From: an uncultured Nitrospiraceae bacterium
GTDB lineage: Bacteria > Nitrospirota > Nitrospiria > Nitrospirales > Nitrospiraceae
Direction: 5' to 3'
Assembly (NCBI GenBank): GCA_963846575.1
Contig: CAWJWJ010000002.1
Location: forward strand, 1,184,001 to 1,248,000
Length of the DNA: 64,000 nucleotides
Within the stretch, counting starts at the first letter, position 1. The number at the start of each line of letters is the position of its first letter. Below the pieces are notes generated by a model. That model saw only the letters and a list, made by a program, of their open reading frames with translations. It ran no database searches and was not told where the DNA came from. The position numbers and the translations under genes were made by a program. Below are positions 1 through 10,213 of this stretch, piece after piece.

Positions 1-1872
1 ACCATCACGCTGGCCATCGGAGTGGGCCGCATGGCGCAGCGGCGGGCGATCATCCGGAAGCTCCCCGCGGTGGAAACGCTGGGCAGCACCACGGTCATTT
101 GTTCGGACAAGACCGGGACGCTGACAAAAAATCAGATGACCGTCCAGACCATCCTGGCCGGCGGAGACTGCTTCGAGGTGGAAGGGGCCGGGTACGAGCC
201 GGCCGGCCGCCTCCTGCAGAACGGCCTCGAGGTCGAGGCCACCGTCAGCCCGGCCCTCTGCGAATGTCTGCTCGCCGGGGCGCTCTGCAACGACGCGCAA
301 CTGGTGGAATGCGACGGCCGGTGGGACATCGTCGGGGATCCGACGGAGGGGGCGCTGCTCGTGGCGGCGCGGAAGACCGGCATTGATCCGGTACGCGCAG
401 CGCTCACCCTGCCGCGTCTGGACGCCATTGCCTTCGAATCCGAGCGGCAATACATGGCCACGTTGCATCGTGCGGAGCCGGGCGGGCCCGGCACCCTCTA
501 TATGAAGGGCGCGGTGGAGCAGGTGCTTCGCCGTTGTGCGTGGACGCTGGCCGCCGACGGATCGCTGGGACCCTGCGAGCCCAAGCACGTGCTCGATCAG
601 ACGGAGCGCTGCGCCGCGCGGGGATTGCGCCTGCTGGCTTTCGCGCGCAAGACGCTCCCCGCCGGCACCGCGAACCTGGCGGAGCGGGACGTGGAAGGGG
701 AGCTGACCTTCCTGGGCCTCCAGGCCATGATGGACCCGCCCAGGCCTGAAGCCATCGCGGCGGTGCGTGCCTGCCAGGCCGCGGGCATCGCGGTGAAGAT
801 GATCACCGGCGACCATGCGGTGACGGCCCGGGCGATCGCCCGCCAGATCGGCCTCAACGGGACGACGGACGGAAAGGGTGGAGACCTGGTCGTCATGACG
901 GGCCAGGACCTGGCCGCCTGTCCGAAAGAGCGGCTCTCCGACCTGGCGGAGCGCACAGCGGTTTTCGCGCGGGTCTCGCCGGAACAGAAGCTCCGGTTGG
1001 TCGAGGCGTTTCAAGCCAGAGAGCAGGTCGTGGCCATGACCGGCGACGGAGTCAACGACGCACCGGCGCTCAAGCAGGCCGACATCGGAGTCGCCATGGG
1101 AAAGGGCGGCACCGAGGTGGCCAAGGAAGCCGCCGACATGGTGTTGGCCGATGACAATTTCGCGTCCATCGAAGCGGCGGTCGAGGAGGGGCGGTGCGTC
1201 TTCGATAACCTGGCCAAGTTCATCGTCTGGACCCTGCCGACGAATGCGGGGGAAGGGCTCGTCATCCTGACCGCCATTGCCGCCGGTGCCCTGCTGCCGA
1301 TCCTGCCGGTGCAGATCCTCTGGATCAACATGACGACCGCGGTCACGCTCGGGATGATGCTCGCGTTCGAGCCGCGGGAACCGGGCATCATGCAACGGCC
1401 TCCGCGCGACCCCCGGGAACCGCTGATTACCGGCGCGTTGCTCGGGCGGATCCTGTTGGTCTCCGCGCTCATGCTGGTCGGCGCCTACGGGGTGTTTCTG
1501 TTCGAACAGCGGCGGGCGATGCCGATCGAGGCGGCGCGGACCGCGGCCGTGAATGTCTTCGTGATGGTGGAGCTGTTTTACCTGTTCAATTGCCGGTCGT
1601 TGGAGCAGTCCATGTTCCGCCTCGGCCTGTTCAGCAATCCCTGGATCATCTGGGGGGCGCTGACCATGGTGGGGCTGCAACTGATCCTGACCTATCTGCC
1701 CGTGATGAATCGCCTCTTCCACACCGCCCCGATCGACGGTCTCGCGTGGATGACGATTCTCGCCACCTCCCTCCTGGTCTACCTCCTCGTCGGCCTCGAG
1801 AAATGGATGCGATGGAGGTGGAAGACCAGCCACGCGGGCCCCCGCCAGGTGAGGCAGGGGAGCCTGACGTGA
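1..1872 (+). CDS. P-type cation-transporting ATPase (type IIA/CtpF-PMA1-like), 5'-truncated by the window edge
   Basis: Frame is open from base 1 ([11 protein letters not shown]...). Motifs [16 protein letters not shown] and GDGVND present. M6 reads [10 protein letters not shown]. Confidence 0.95.
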   Translation, partial: TITLAIGVGRMAQRRAIIRKLPAVETLGSTTVICSDKTGTLTKNQMTVQTILAGGDCFEVEGAGYEPAGRLLQNGLEVEATVSPALCECLLAGALCNDAQLVECDGRWDIVGDPTEGALLVAARKTGIDPVRAALTLPRLDAIAFESERQYMATLHRAEPGGPGTLYMKGAVEQVLRRCAWTLAADGSLGPCEPKHVLDQTERCAARGLRLLAFARKTLPAGTANLAERDVEGELTFLGLQAMMDPPRPEAIAAVRACQAAGIAVKMITGDHAVTARAIARQIGLNGTTDGKGGDLVVMTGQDLAACPKERLSDLAERTAVFARVSPEQKLRLVEAFQAREQVVAMTGDGVNDAPALKQADIGVAMGKGGTEVAKEAADMVLADDNFASIEAAVEEGRCVFDNLAKFIVWTLPTNAGEGLVILTAIAAGALLPILPVQILWINMTTAVTLGMMLAFEPREPGIMQRPPRDPREPLITGALLGRILLVSALMLVGAYGVFLFEQRRAMPIEAARTAAVNVFVMVELFYLFNCRSLEQSMFRLGLFSNPWIIWGALTMVGLQLILTYLPVMNRLFHTAPIDGLAWMTILATSLLVYLLVGLEKWMRWRWKTSHAGPRQVRQGSLT

Positions 1873-4634
1873 CCGCCGTGCCGCGTGAACAGGGGGGCGG
1901 GAAGACCTCCGAACAGCGGCAGGGGCCCTCAGGCGGCGGCACTCGATCGCCGGAGGATGCGCCATCCGGCGCCGTCCCCGGGCCGGCTTCTCCGGGCCCT
2001 CATGGCGATCCGGCTGCCTGGCATCAGCTCGCGCCGGCAGAGGCGGCGGAGAGGCTGACCGTCGATCCTCAGGCCGGCCTGAGCCCGGAGGAAGTCCATC
2101 GGCGCCGGGCCCTCCATGGCACGAACCGCATCGAGGAGCAGCCTGGCCGGAGTCCCTGGCGCATGCTGCTGGCCCAATTCACCGACGTCATGATCCTCGT
2201 CTTGATCGGCGCCGCGGTGCTGTCGGGCCTGATCGGCGACCCGCCTGACGCCATCGCCATCGTGGTCATCGTGCTGCTGAACGGCGCGATCGGGTTCATT
2301 CAGGAATATCGTGCGGAGCGGGCGGTGGCCGCGCTCAGATTGCTGGCCGCGCCGAGCGCCAAGGTCTTGCGCGGGGGCAGGCAGTCCACACTGCCGAGCG
2401 CGCAACTCGTGCCGGGGGATGTGGTCCGGCTGGAGGCCGGTGACGGTGTCCCGGCGGATCTGCGCCTCATCGAGGCTCTGCAACTCACGGTCGAGGAAGC
2501 GGCGCTCACGGGTGAGTCGGTGCCGGTGACCAAGCAGGTGTCCCCGCTCCCGGGGCCGGATCTCCCGCTGGGGGACCGCGTGAACATGGCCTACAAGGGC
2601 ACCGTGGTCACCGTCGGGCGTGGGACCGGTCTGGTGGTGGCGACGGGAATGCGCACGGAGTTGGGCCGGATCGCCGCGCTGCTGCGGGGAGAAGGCGCGG
2701 CGAAAACGCCGCTGCAGAAGAGGCTGGCGGAGTTCGGGCAACGGCTGGCCCTGGCGGCCCTGGGCATCTGCGCGATCGTGTTTGTCATCGGATTGTTGCG
2801 CGGCGAATCGGTCATCCTGATGTTCCTGACCGCCGTCAGCCTGGCGGTCGCCGCCATCCCCGAAGCGCTGCCGGCCGTCGTCACCGTCGCGCTCGCGCTC
2901 GGAGCGCGCAAGATGGTGAAGAAGCAGGCCTTGATCAGGAGATTGCCGGCCGTCGAAACCCTGGGATCGGTCACCTACATCTGTTCGGACAAGACCGGGA
3001 CTCTCACGCAGAACAGGATGCAGGTCGAGCACGTGGCCGTGGGTCGCCGGCATCTTCCGCAGGTGCCCCGCATGGAAGAACCCGGCGAAGCGGGCCGGCT
3101 GCTCGGCCGGGCCCTGGCGCTGAGCAACGACGCGGTGCTTCAGGATGACGGTTCGATGCTGGGGGACCCCACCGAGGTCGCGCTCTGCGTCGCGGCCCGG
3201 AAATCTGGATACGACAAATCGCGGCTTGAGACCGAGGCTCCACGGGTGGCCGAACTCCCGTTCGACAGTGATCGAAAATGCATGACGACCTTCCACCGCG
3301 ATGCCGAGGGCCTCGTCGCCTTCACCAAGGGCGCGCCGGAGCTGGTCGTGCCGCACTGTCACCAGGTCCTGCTCGATTCGGAGCCTGTCCCGCTCAAGCG
3401 GGAGGCCATGCTGGAGGAAGCGGAGCGGATGGCCGTCCGGGGGTTGCGCGTGCTGGCGGTCGCCTTCCGCCGGTGGCCGGACCTGCCTGACGATCCTGCG
3501 CCGGACCGAGTCGAACGCGACCTGACCCTCCTGGGACTGGTCGGCCTGCTCGACCCTCCCAGGCCGGAGGTGCATGAAGCGGTGCAACTCTGCCGGTCCG
3601 CCGGCCTGACGACGGTGATGATCACGGGCGATCACCTGGCCACCGCGCGCGCCATCGCCGAGCGGCTGGCCATTATCACAAGCGACGATGTGGCCGTGAC
3701 CGGCCAGGACCTGGCGCGGATGAGCCGGGAGGACTTCGAGGCGGAGGTCGAGCGGGTGCGCGTCTACGCGCGGGCCACACCCGAGCAGAAGATCACGATC
3801 ATCGAGGCGCTCCAGAAGAAGGGCCAGTTCGTGGCCATGACCGGCGACGGCGTGAACGATGCTCCGGCGCTCAAACGGGCGGACATCGGGATCGCGATGG
3901 GTCTGAGCGGCACGGATGTGGCGCGCGAAGCGTCCCACATGATCCTGCTGGACGATAATTTTGCGACGATCGTGGGCGCGGTCCGGGAGGGGCGGCGGAT
4001 TTTCGATAACATCCGCCGGTTCATCAAATACACCATGACCAGCAACGCCGGGGAAATCTGGACCATCTTCCTCGCGCCGTTTGCCGGGTTGCCGATCCCG
4101 CTGTTGCCCATCCATATCCTCTGGATCAATCTCGTCACCGATGGATTGCCCGGCCTCGCACTCGCCGCCGAGCCGGAAGAACGGGATGTCATGCGGCGGC
4201 CGCCCCGGCCTCCGGACGAAAGCATCTTTGCACAGGGGATGTGGCAGGACATCGTCTGGGTCGGGCTGCTCATGGGCGGGGTGTCCCTGGCGACGGAGGC
4301 CTGGGCCTACCATACCGGCCATGCCCATTGGCAGACCATGGTCTTCACGGTGCTGACCCTCTCACAGATGGGCAACGTGCTGGCCATTCGCTCGGAGCGG
4401 GAGTCTTTTTTCACGCTGGGAGCCTTCACCAATCGTCCTTTGCTGGGCGCCGTGCTGTTGACCTTTGCCCTGCAGATGGCGACCGTCTACGTACCCGTCC
4501 TGAATCCGATCTTCAAGACCGAACCGCTCGATCCCGAAGAACTGCTCGTGAGCCTGGTGCTGTCGTGCGTCGTCTTCATCAGCGTGGAATGTCAAAAGTG
4601 GTGTATCAGGCGGGGATGGCTGAGACGGGCATGA
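1869..4634 (+). CDS. P-type cation-transporting ATPase (Ca2+-type IIA)
   Basis: Motifs TGES, PEAL, DKTGTLT, GDGVND and INLVTDG. GTG start at 1869 overlaps the upstream stop (GTGA) and is more plausible than the ORF-track start at 1590. Confidence 0.95.
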   Translation: MTAVPREQGGGKTSEQRQGPSGGGTRSPEDAPSGAVPGPASPGPHGDPAAWHQLAPAEAAERLTVDPQAGLSPEEVHRRRALHGTNRIEEQPGRSPWRMLLAQFTDVMILVLIGAAVLSGLIGDPPDAIAIVVIVLLNGAIGFIQEYRAERAVAALRLLAAPSAKVLRGGRQSTLPSAQLVPGDVVRLEAGDGVPADLRLIEALQLTVEEAALTGESVPVTKQVSPLPGPDLPLGDRVNMAYKGTVVTVGRGTGLVVATGMRTELGRIAALLRGEGAAKTPLQKRLAEFGQRLALAALGICAIVFVIGLLRGESVILMFLTAVSLAVAAIPEALPAVVTVALALGARKMVKKQALIRRLPAVETLGSVTYICSDKTGTLTQNRMQVEHVAVGRRHLPQVPRMEEPGEAGRLLGRALALSNDAVLQDDGSMLGDPTEVALCVAARKSGYDKSRLETEAPRVAELPFDSDRKCMTTFHRDAEGLVAFTKGAPELVVPHCHQVLLDSEPVPLKREAMLEEAERMAVRGLRVLAVAFRRWPDLPDDPAPDRVERDLTLLGLVGLLDPPRPEVHEAVQLCRSAGLTTVMITGDHLATARAIAERLAIITSDDVAVTGQDLARMSREDFEAEVERVRVYARATPEQKITIIEALQKKGQFVAMTGDGVNDAPALKRADIGIAMGLSGTDVAREASHMILLDDNFATIVGAVREGRRIFDNIRRFIKYTMTSNAGEIWTIFLAPFAGLPIPLLPIHILWINLVTDGLPGLALAAEPEERDVMRRPPRPPDESIFAQGMWQDIVWVGLLMGGVSLATEAWAYHTGHAHWQTMVFTVLTLSQMGNVLAIRSERESFFTLGAFTNRPLLGAVLLTFALQMATVYVPVLNPIFKTEPLDPEELLVSLVLSCVVFISVECQKWCIRRGWLRRA

Positions 4635-5048
4635 GGTCGTGCCGCGAAATGGATATATGGATGGCGCGCGGTCTCCGTAGGTACGCCGGCGTGGACTCAC
4701 CGAGGTTCTTCATCCGGACCGGGGCACAGGTTTTCAAATCGAGCTTCTCCCTCGTCTGAAAGAAGTCAGGGAGAGGCTGCGCTGCGATGCGAACCCCTCC
4801 CTGAGCTTCGACCTCATGTCTACGCTATGACAAGCCTAGCCATGACAGTAGCTGAGTGACTGCTCCCCAGGGGCAGTAACCCAAGGCCTGTTCCAATGGA
4901 CACATCGTTCATCACCTCCTTCCCTCAGCAGCGGCACAATTGCCTGCGCACGCCGGGGCCGTGCCTTGATGGCCAACTCGGATCCGGACATGCCGGTGGG
5001 TCATCGACCAATGGGCGCGAAGTCGCTATGGAGTAGGACGGTGAGTGA

Positions 5049-5399
5049 TCAGATGCGCAGGACTGTGGTGATCGAGAGGATATCCGGTGGAGCAGCACCC
5101 GACGGGCAGTGCGGACCGCATCGGCTGAGGACGACCGAATGGTGAAGCGACGTCGTGAGGTTCGCGGAGAATACATCAAGGCTGTGGGTTGGGAAAGGAT
5201 GGGGGGAATCTGAAACCGATTGCGGCCCGAGGCTTTTGAAGGTGTCGCAGAACTGCCGAGCGGGTTCTTGCCCCGGTTCAGCGCAGCCGTTTCCCATGGT
5301 GGCCGCGCTCTGCACCGGCACGAGGCAGGCGTGGGCGTTGAAGCTGAACCCGAAGAAAAGAACCAGCAGGCAGAGTATGAGAATCTGTTGTGCCTTCAT
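5049..5399 (-). CDS. small exported Cys/His-rich hypothetical protein
   Basis: Signal-like N-terminus (MKAQQILILCLLVLFFGFSFNAHA), several Cys/His residues, C-terminus ...PPDILSITTVLRI, and its own promoter upstream. Confidence 0.6.
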   Translation of the reverse strand: MKAQQILILCLLVLFFGFSFNAHACLVPVQSAATMGNGCAEPGQEPARQFCDTFKSLGPQSVSDSPHPFPTHSLDVFSANLTTSLHHSVVLSRCGPHCPSGAAPPDILSITTVLRI

Positions 5400-5427
5400 G
5401 AAGGTTGCAGGATCCACGAATGAAATC

Positions 5428-5457
5428 ATGCTACCTGCCGTTGAATTTTCCTGTCAA
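5428..5457 (-). promoter_or_regulatory. putative sigma70 promoter TTGACA-N18-TAGCAT
   Basis: Minus strand reads TTGACAggaaaattcaacggcaggTAGCAT, about 30 nt upstream of the ATG at 5399. Confidence 0.5.
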
Positions 5458-5475
5458 TGCAGGACCGCAGGCGAA

Positions 5476-8400
5476 TCATTCCGGAGCGGCTCCGCGATGC
5501 GTCCGATGTGCCGCGAGCAGCTGATACATAGCCGGAACCAGAAACAGCGTCAGCAGAGTGGAGAGGGCGAGCCCGCCGATGACCACCAGGCCGATGTGCC
5601 GGCGTCCCTCCGCGCCCGCGCCGGTGGCGAGCGCCAGCGGGAGCGCGGCCAGAATGGTGGCGATCGTCGTCATGAGGATGGGGCGGAGGCGTAAGATCGA
5701 GGCTTCGACGATGGCCTCTCCCGCCGCCATGCCTTGATGCCGGAGTTGATTCGCAAATTCTACGATGAGAATGGCGTTCTTCGTCACCAACCCGATCAAG
5801 ATCATGAGTCCGATCTGGCTGTAGATGTTGAGCGTGCCTTGCCACAGGGTCAGCGCGAGCAAGGCGCCGGCGATCGCGGGAGGGACGGACAGCAGGATGG
5901 TCAGCGGGTGAATAAAACTTTCAAACTGCGCCGCCAGGACGAGGTAAATGACCAGCAGGGCGAGGAGGAAGGTGACAGCCAGGTGCCCTGAGGATTCCTT
6001 GAATTCCTTGGATTCTCCGGAATAATCGATCCTGGCGCCGGAGGGCAGATGTTTTCTGGCCAGCGCCTCCAACGAGTCGAGCGACTGGCTCAGCGTCGAG
6101 CCGGACTCCACGCTGGCGCTGATGGTCACGGCCCTCAGTTTCTCATAGTGATTGAGCTGTTTCGGCGCGACCGCTTCCCGCAGGGTGACCAGGTTGCTGA
6201 GAGGGATCAGGTCGCCTTGCGTGCCTCGAACGTGGAGCTGCTCGATGTCGGAGCGCGTCCCGCGGTGCCGGGCCTGCGTCTGCACGATCACGGGATATTC
6301 CTTGCCCTCGCGCATGAACATGGTGGCCTTGCGTCCGCCCAGGAATGTCTCCAGCGTTTTGCCGATCGTTTCGACCGGAACGCCCAGGTCCGCCGCCTTG
6401 TCTCGATTCACCTCGATCCGTAACTCGGGTTTGTTCAGGTCCAGGTCACTTTCGAAATTACTTATCGTCGGATGGGCGGCCAGGTCGGCCCTGATTTTGG
6501 ACACGGTTCCGTCCAGCGTCTCATAGGACGGACCGCGAATGACGATCTGCACCGGCGTTTTACTCTCTTCCTGATTGAACGGCGGAGGCGAGAACGCGAA
6601 GGCCGTGGCGCCGGGTATGGCTGACAGCGCCGGCTGGATCTCCGTGATGATCTCCGCCTGCGGCCGGCGGCGATCGGACCAATCTTTCAGCGTGACCCAG
6701 GTGACGGCGTGGTTGACGAGCGTCGGCCTCCATCCTTTGGCGACGACGCTGTAAGAGGAGTCCAACTCGGGAATCTCCGCCAGAATCCGTTCCGACTCCC
6801 TGGTGTAACCATCCGTGTAGTCCAGGGTCGATCCTTCGGGGGCGCTGACATGGGCGGTAAACCATCCCGTGTCCTCCAGCGGAGCGAGTTCGCCCGGCAA
6901 CCGGAGGAGTAGCAGCCCGCTCGCAAGCACCGACGCGACGGCGAGGCCGAACACGGCCGCCCTGGCGCGGAGTGCGAGGTGCAATGCCGTGCGATAACGC
7001 CGGATCGTCCATTGGAGCCAACCAGCCGCATCCAAGCCGGATCCTGCGCCGGAGGAAGCCGCATCCACCGCGGGTCCTAACAGCCGGGCGCACATGGCAG
7101 GGGTCAGAGTCAGGGCAATGAATCCTGACAGCAGGACCGATCCGGCGACCGCGATGCCCAATTCGGTAAAGAGCCGGCCGACGACGCCGGGAAGAAACGC
7201 GATCGGCAGGAAGACCACGGCCAGCGACAGGGTGGTGGAAACGACGGCAAATCCTATCTCCCTGCTTCCCTCGATGGCCGCCTGCGTCGGGCTGAGGCCC
7301 CGTTCGATCCGGCGATAGACATTCTCCACCACAACGATGGCATCGTCGACGACCAGTCCGATGGCCAGGACGAAGCCCAGCAGCGTGATCGTATTGATCG
7401 AGCAGGAGCTCAGATGCATGATCACGAAGGTGCCCAGAATCGAGCCGGGAATGGCGACGGTTGGAATCAGCGTGGCACGGACACTTCGCAGGAAGACCCA
7501 CACCACCAGCACGACCAGCGCGAGCGAAAGCCCTACCGCAAGATAGACTTCATGGAGGGATTGCTCGATATACACCGAGCTGTCGAATGCCGTGATCAGC
7601 TTCATGCCTTCGGGGAGCAGGGCTTCCAGGACCGGCAATTGCTGTTTCACCGCGCGGGCCGCTTCCAACGTGTTGGCTTTCGATTGTTTCATGATGCCCA
7701 ACCCCACGGCGGGCTTGCCGTTGACGCGCACGAGTTTCCGTTCATCTTCCGGTCCGATTTCGGCGGAGCCGACGTCCTGCAGACGGACGGGATAGCCGTC
7801 CCGGTAGGCCAGGATGAGTTGATTGAACTGAGCGGGATTCTCCAGGCCGCCGCCCATCCGGACACTGAATTCCCGCTGGGTACTCTCGATGCGCCCGCTG
7901 GGGATGGACACGTTCTGAGTCGTGAGGGCCTGTTCGACATCCTGGACGGTCAGCAACCGGGAGGCGAGCCGGTCCGGATGGAGCCACACGCGCATGGCAT
8001 ACCGCCGTCCTCCATCGAGCATGACGCTGGAGACACCGGGCAGGGAGGAGAGTCGATCTTTGATCTGGCGTTCCGCGAAGTCGGTGATCTCGAGTTCGGT
8101 ATGGCGGTCGCTGATCAAGGCCAGCCACATGATGCCATCCGCTTCGCTGTCCGATTTCATCACCAGCGGCGGTTCGATGCCCCGGGGAAGGAGGGGCAGC
8201 ACGCGACTCACTCGATCCCGAACGTCATTGGTGGCCGCATCCAGATTGCGCGTGAGCGTGAACTCGATGGCGATGGTCGACAGGCCCTCGCGGCTGCTGG
8301 AACGTAATGTGCGCAGCCCTTCGATCCCGCTGAGCGCATCTTCGAGGATGGCCGTGATATCCGTTTCGACCAACTGCGCATCGGCGCTGGGATAGGCCGT

Positions 8401-8544
8401 TAACACCGACACGACCGGGAAGGTAATGTCCGGATATTCACGGACCGGGAGGCGCGAATAGCTCAGCAGGCCGAAGAGCATCAGCAGGAGGGTCATGACA
8501 GTGGCCAGCACGGGGCGCCGAATGGAGAGTTCAGATAATCGCAT
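5476..8544 (-). CDS. RND efflux transporter permease (AcrB/MdtB family)
   Basis: Starts MRLSELSIRRPV. Contains GLVVDDAIVVVEN, KNAILIVEFA and RLRPILMT motifs. About 1020 aa. Confidence 0.95.
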   Translation of the reverse strand: MRLSELSIRRPVLATVMTLLLMLFGLLSYSRLPVREYPDITFPVVSVLTAYPSADAQLVETDITAILEDALSGIEGLRTLRSSSREGLSTIAIEFTLTRNLDAATNDVRDRVSRVLPLLPRGIEPPLVMKSDSEADGIMWLALISDRHTELEITDFAERQIKDRLSSLPGVSSVMLDGGRRYAMRVWLHPDRLASRLLTVQDVEQALTTQNVSIPSGRIESTQREFSVRMGGGLENPAQFNQLILAYRDGYPVRLQDVGSAEIGPEDERKLVRVNGKPAVGLGIMKQSKANTLEAARAVKQQLPVLEALLPEGMKLITAFDSSVYIEQSLHEVYLAVGLSLALVVLVVWVFLRSVRATLIPTVAIPGSILGTFVIMHLSSCSINTITLLGFVLAIGLVVDDAIVVVENVYRRIERGLSPTQAAIEGSREIGFAVVSTTLSLAVVFLPIAFLPGVVGRLFTELGIAVAGSVLLSGFIALTLTPAMCARLLGPAVDAASSGAGSGLDAAGWLQWTIRRYRTALHLALRARAAVFGLAVASVLASGLLLLRLPGELAPLEDTGWFTAHVSAPEGSTLDYTDGYTRESERILAEIPELDSSYSVVAKGWRPTLVNHAVTWVTLKDWSDRRRPQAEIITEIQPALSAIPGATAFAFSPPPFNQEESKTPVQIVIRGPSYETLDGTVSKIRADLAAHPTISNFESDLDLNKPELRIEVNRDKAADLGVPVETIGKTLETFLGGRKATMFMREGKEYPVIVQTQARHRGTRSDIEQLHVRGTQGDLIPLSNLVTLREAVAPKQLNHYEKLRAVTISASVESGSTLSQSLDSLEALARKHLPSGARIDYSGESKEFKESSGHLAVTFLLALLVIYLVLAAQFESFIHPLTILLSVPPAIAGALLALTLWQGTLNIYSQIGLMILIGLVTKNAILIVEFANQLRHQGMAAGEAIVEASILRLRPILMTTIATILAALPLALATGAGAEGRRHIGLVVIGGLALSTLLTLFLVPAMYQLLAAHRTHRGAAPE

Positions 8545-8567
8545 AGAGCGGTTCCGGACGCGAGGCG

Positions 8568-9650
8568 TCAACGGGAGGTGACGGGCGGGATGACCCGGAT
8601 TTTTCCACCATCCTGAAGTTTGTGATGTCCGACGCGGACGATGACATCCCGGGCGGTGAGTCCGCTCAGGACCTGCACCGATCCTCTGGTGCGCGTGCCC
8701 AGCTGAACGGCGGTTCGATGAGCCGTGTCATCCTGTACCCGGTAGACGAAGGTCTGGTCCCTGGTGGGAATGACGGCTTCCTCGGGAATCAACAGGGCTC
8801 CCTCCTGCTGGGCCAGGTGCAGCGTGACGTGCGCGAACATGCCCGGCCGGAGCCGTTGGTCCGCATTGGGGATACGGGCGCGTACCTGCACGGCCCTGGT
8901 CGTCATGTCCACCGTGGGATCGACGACATAGACCGTGCCGCGAAACGTTTCTCCCGGATAGGCATCCGTGCTGAGGTCCAGCGATTGTCCCGACGCCAGG
9001 TGACGGAGGAGCGTTTCAGGCACCTTGAAGTCGATCTTGAGGGTCCGGACATCCTCGAGGTTCACCAGGTCCTGGCCGGTCGTCACGAAGTCACCGGGCG
9101 ACACCCGACGGATGCCGAGGACGCCGTCGAAGGGAGCACGAACTTTTGTTTTGGCGAGACGGGTGCTGTACAGGGCATGAGTCGCCTGCGCGACCTGGAG
9201 CGAGCCGGCGACTTCATCGAGCTGCTGTTTGGTGACGTACCGTTTCCCCTCGAGGTCCAGGGGCTTCAGGCGCTCATAGGTCAGCCGGGACACCTTGAGT
9301 TGGGCGGTGGCTTGGGACAGTTCCGCCTGGAGTTCGGAGTCATCCAACTCAAGCAGCAGGGCCTCTTTTTCGACGGCCTGGCCCTCCTGGAACAGGATGT
9401 GACGGATCCGGCCGGCAATCTCCGGCCGGATCACGATCGATTCGTTGGCGCGCAGCGTGCCGACGGCCTTGATGCTGTGCTGGATCGAGTGAACCTGTAC
9501 CGGCGCCAGCACGACGGCCGTTTGGCTGCCGGTGTCCTCAGCCGGCTCCGGTCCTCCGCTCGCCGTCAAACCGTTCCACTTGAGCGCCAGGAGCAGACAA
9601 AGCGCCGACAGGCCGAACAACGTCAGATATGTCCTGCGAGGATGGTTCAT
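8568..9650 (-). CDS. RND periplasmic adaptor (membrane fusion protein)
   Basis: N-terminal membrane anchor, lipoyl-like halves (EGQAVEK..LL, APFDGV.G), LRPGMFA motif. Adjacent to the RND permease. Confidence 0.93.
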   Translation of the reverse strand: MNHPRRTYLTLFGLSALCLLLALKWNGLTASGGPEPAEDTGSQTAVVLAPVQVHSIQHSIKAVGTLRANESIVIRPEIAGRIRHILFQEGQAVEKEALLLELDDSELQAELSQATAQLKVSRLTYERLKPLDLEGKRYVTKQQLDEVAGSLQVAQATHALYSTRLAKTKVRAPFDGVLGIRRVSPGDFVTTGQDLVNLEDVRTLKIDFKVPETLLRHLASGQSLDLSTDAYPGETFRGTVYVVDPTVDMTTRAVQVRARIPNADQRLRPGMFAHVTLHLAQQEGALLIPEEAVIPTRDQTFVYRVQDDTAHRTAVQLGTRTRGSVQVLSGLTARDVIVRVGHHKLQDGGKIRVIPPVTSR

Positions 9651-9733
9651 GGGTGATCTCGCTGCGACGTCCTCGCGGCCATGAACAAACAGAGGCGCTG
9701 CCGAACAGGGATGCCGTCGTGCAGGCGCGTGGG

Positions 9734-10189
9734 CTATTGGAACTCAAGTTTCTTCAGGCCCTGTACGGGCATCTCCACCTGTCCGAAATCCGAGTCGCCC
9801 TTGAAGCTGCCCTCGATGGCCAGGGGGAATTCTCCGGTTTTGCCGTTCGTCAGGGTGATATTCAGCGTCGGCGGAGTTTTCTCACCGCCTGCTTTCACGT
9901 CGATATGCTTGATGCCGTCGAACTTGATGTTGACGGTCGCGGTGCCCCGCTTGACGGGCAGGTGTTTCAATTCGTGGGGGATGAAGGCCGTTTCGCTCAC
10001 TTTTTCTTCCCAATAAAACAGGACATTCTTTAAATCGGTCTGCATGTCTCTGGTATCGGTCACCATGGCATGAAAGGCCTTGTCTCCATTGTGCTGGGCC
10101 TGCGCCGGGAGACCCGCCATGCAGAGGAGCGCCCCCGCCGCCGCGAGGGTGGTGAGCCGGTGCCGGATGTGATGTCGTCGATGCGTCAT
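9734..10189 (-). CDS. exported hypothetical protein
   Basis: Signal peptide ending AQA and a GGAGGG RBS. Lies between tonB and the RND adaptor. Confidence 0.75.
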   Translation of the reverse strand: MTHRRHHIRHRLTTLAAAGALLCMAGLPAQAQHNGDKAFHAMVTDTRDMQTDLKNVLFYWEEKVSETAFIPHELKHLPVKRGTATVNIKFDGIKHIDVKAGGEKTPPTLNITLTNGKTGEFPLAIEGSFKGDSDFGQVEMPVQGLKKLEFQ

Positions 10190-10213
10190 GATTCCCTCCG
10201 ATTCCTGAAATGG

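Noticed and set aside
1929..4328. Long antisense ORFs (also 28176-29660, 43242-45434, 47359-49326 and others)
   Set aside because: Shadow frames of GC-rich genes with no recognisable motifs.
4762..4809. Imperfect hairpin after the ATPases as a terminator or ncRNA
   Set aside because: Large loop and no U-tract, so support is insufficient.
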